A model generated the notes under the pieces. It did no database searches. It worked only from the letters and a program-made list of their open reading frames with translations, and had not been told where the DNA came from. A program made the translations under genes and the position numbers. This document shows, in pieces, positions 33,078 to 33,285 of a stretch of 33,285 nucleotides of DNA; the first letter of the stretch is position 1; each line of letters opens with the position of its first letter. Source of the stretch: an uncultured Eubacteriales bacterium (GTDB lineage Bacteria; Bacillota; Clostridia; UBA1381; UMGS1253); the NCBI GenBank assembly GCA_900550065.1, contig URQR01000002.1:1-33285 (forward strand), in the 5' to 3' direction.

Positions 33078-33285
33078 AATGGTTAAAGGAACGCAGAGAA
33101 AGATACAAGTCATTGATTGAATATGCGCCCACCAAATATGAAGAAAGCCTTTATATTTCTTTATATCAAGATAGGCTTTATGTGTCAATTGATGAGACGT
33201 CTATCTATTATTATGGAAAACATGTTTTAGAAACCATCATCTGCGACTTAATCTATACCTTACTGAAACCGCACGCTGTCATCGC
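33065..33285 (+). CDS. Module-2 partner protein B (partial; continues beyond the window), distant paralog of 32409..33077
   Basis: Hand translation gives MGILKWLKERRERYKSLIEYAPTKYEESLYISLYQDRLYVSIDETSIYYYGKHVLETIICDLIYTLLKPHAVI..., open to the window end. It has the same 26-nt SD/start string as the upstream gene and shares the MGIL, LYVS and IYxLLK features. It overlaps the upstream stop by 13 nt. Confidence 0.5.
   Translation, partial: MGILKWLKERRERYKSLIEYAPTKYEESLYISLYQDRLYVSIDETSIYYYGKHVLETIICDLIYTLLKPHAVI

Larger units (their letters stand above)
27658..33285. other. AT-rich accessory island (probably horizontally acquired); the right end lies outside the window
   Basis: There is an abrupt compositional change. 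Hand counts of single 60-nt lines give 62-70% G+C in the core (5041.., 9481..) and 35-37% in the island (29881.., 32581..). The content is unrelated to the dcw cluster. I recognised no integrase or transposase. Confidence 0.7.

Noticed and set aside
27658-33285. Classification of the island as a recognisable mobile element (prophage, ICE, IS or integron)
   Set aside because: I found no integrase, transposase, recombinase, phage structural gene or terminal inverted or direct repeat pair within the window. Only composition, context and the MuF-like motif suggest foreign or phage ancestry, so I left it as an unclassified accessory island.
1-33285. tRNA, rRNA or known riboswitch elements
   Set aside because: I recognised none by eye in any intergenic region. 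A covariance-model scan (tRNAscan-SE/Infernal) would be needed to be certain.

Overview
This 33.3-kb window comes from a high-GC Gram-positive chromosome. The gene order looks Clostridia-like, but the taxon is inference only.

**Housekeeping block (1 to ~27.65 kb).** The region is dense and almost entirely plus-strand. It holds a partial Rrf2 regulator (minus strand), then yicC, remA, gmk, rpoZ, coaBC, priA, def, fmt, a YugP-like Zn-peptidase, rsmB, rlmN, stp/prkC (PP2C phosphatase plus PASTA kinase), rsgA, rpe and thiamine pyrophosphokinase. A dcw cluster follows: mraZ-rsmH-ftsL-classB PBP-murE-murF-mraY-ftsW-murG. It has no murD, and it has recognisable promoters and 10-bp-phased MraZ-box repeats.

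**Break in murA.** The next gene, murA, stops resembling MurA immediately after the codon of the catalytic Cys (PGGC, codon 27655..27657). From there the sequence switches to an AT-rich accessory island that runs to the window end.

**The island.** It carries a minus-strand XRE-family regulator and two plus-strand modules.
- Each module starts with a protein bearing a shared ~80-aa N-terminal head. The head has a CxxC...PP[FY]HPxCRC motif, which resembles the C-terminal end of phage MuF/SPP1-gp7 head-morphogenesis domains.
- The two heads are fused to unrelated C-terminal regions. One ends in a ~95-aa glycine zipper.
- Each head protein is followed by a pair of paralogous small genes: a membrane-anchored pair in module 1 and a soluble pair in module 2.
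- The partner genes are joined by exact repeated 'stop-SD-start' junction sequences.
- A decayed copy of the XRE gene 5' end, plus its upstream block, precedes module 2. The island therefore appears to have grown by duplication of an [xre <> head-toxin - partner genes] unit.

I recognised no integrase, phage structural gene, secretion system, tRNA, rRNA or CRISPR array.

**Main candidate.** The island is the best candidate for an undescribed system: a polymorphic toxin/immunity-like cassette array using a truncated MuF-type head. All functional calls for the island are motif-level or inferential and need HMM, structure and experimental checks.
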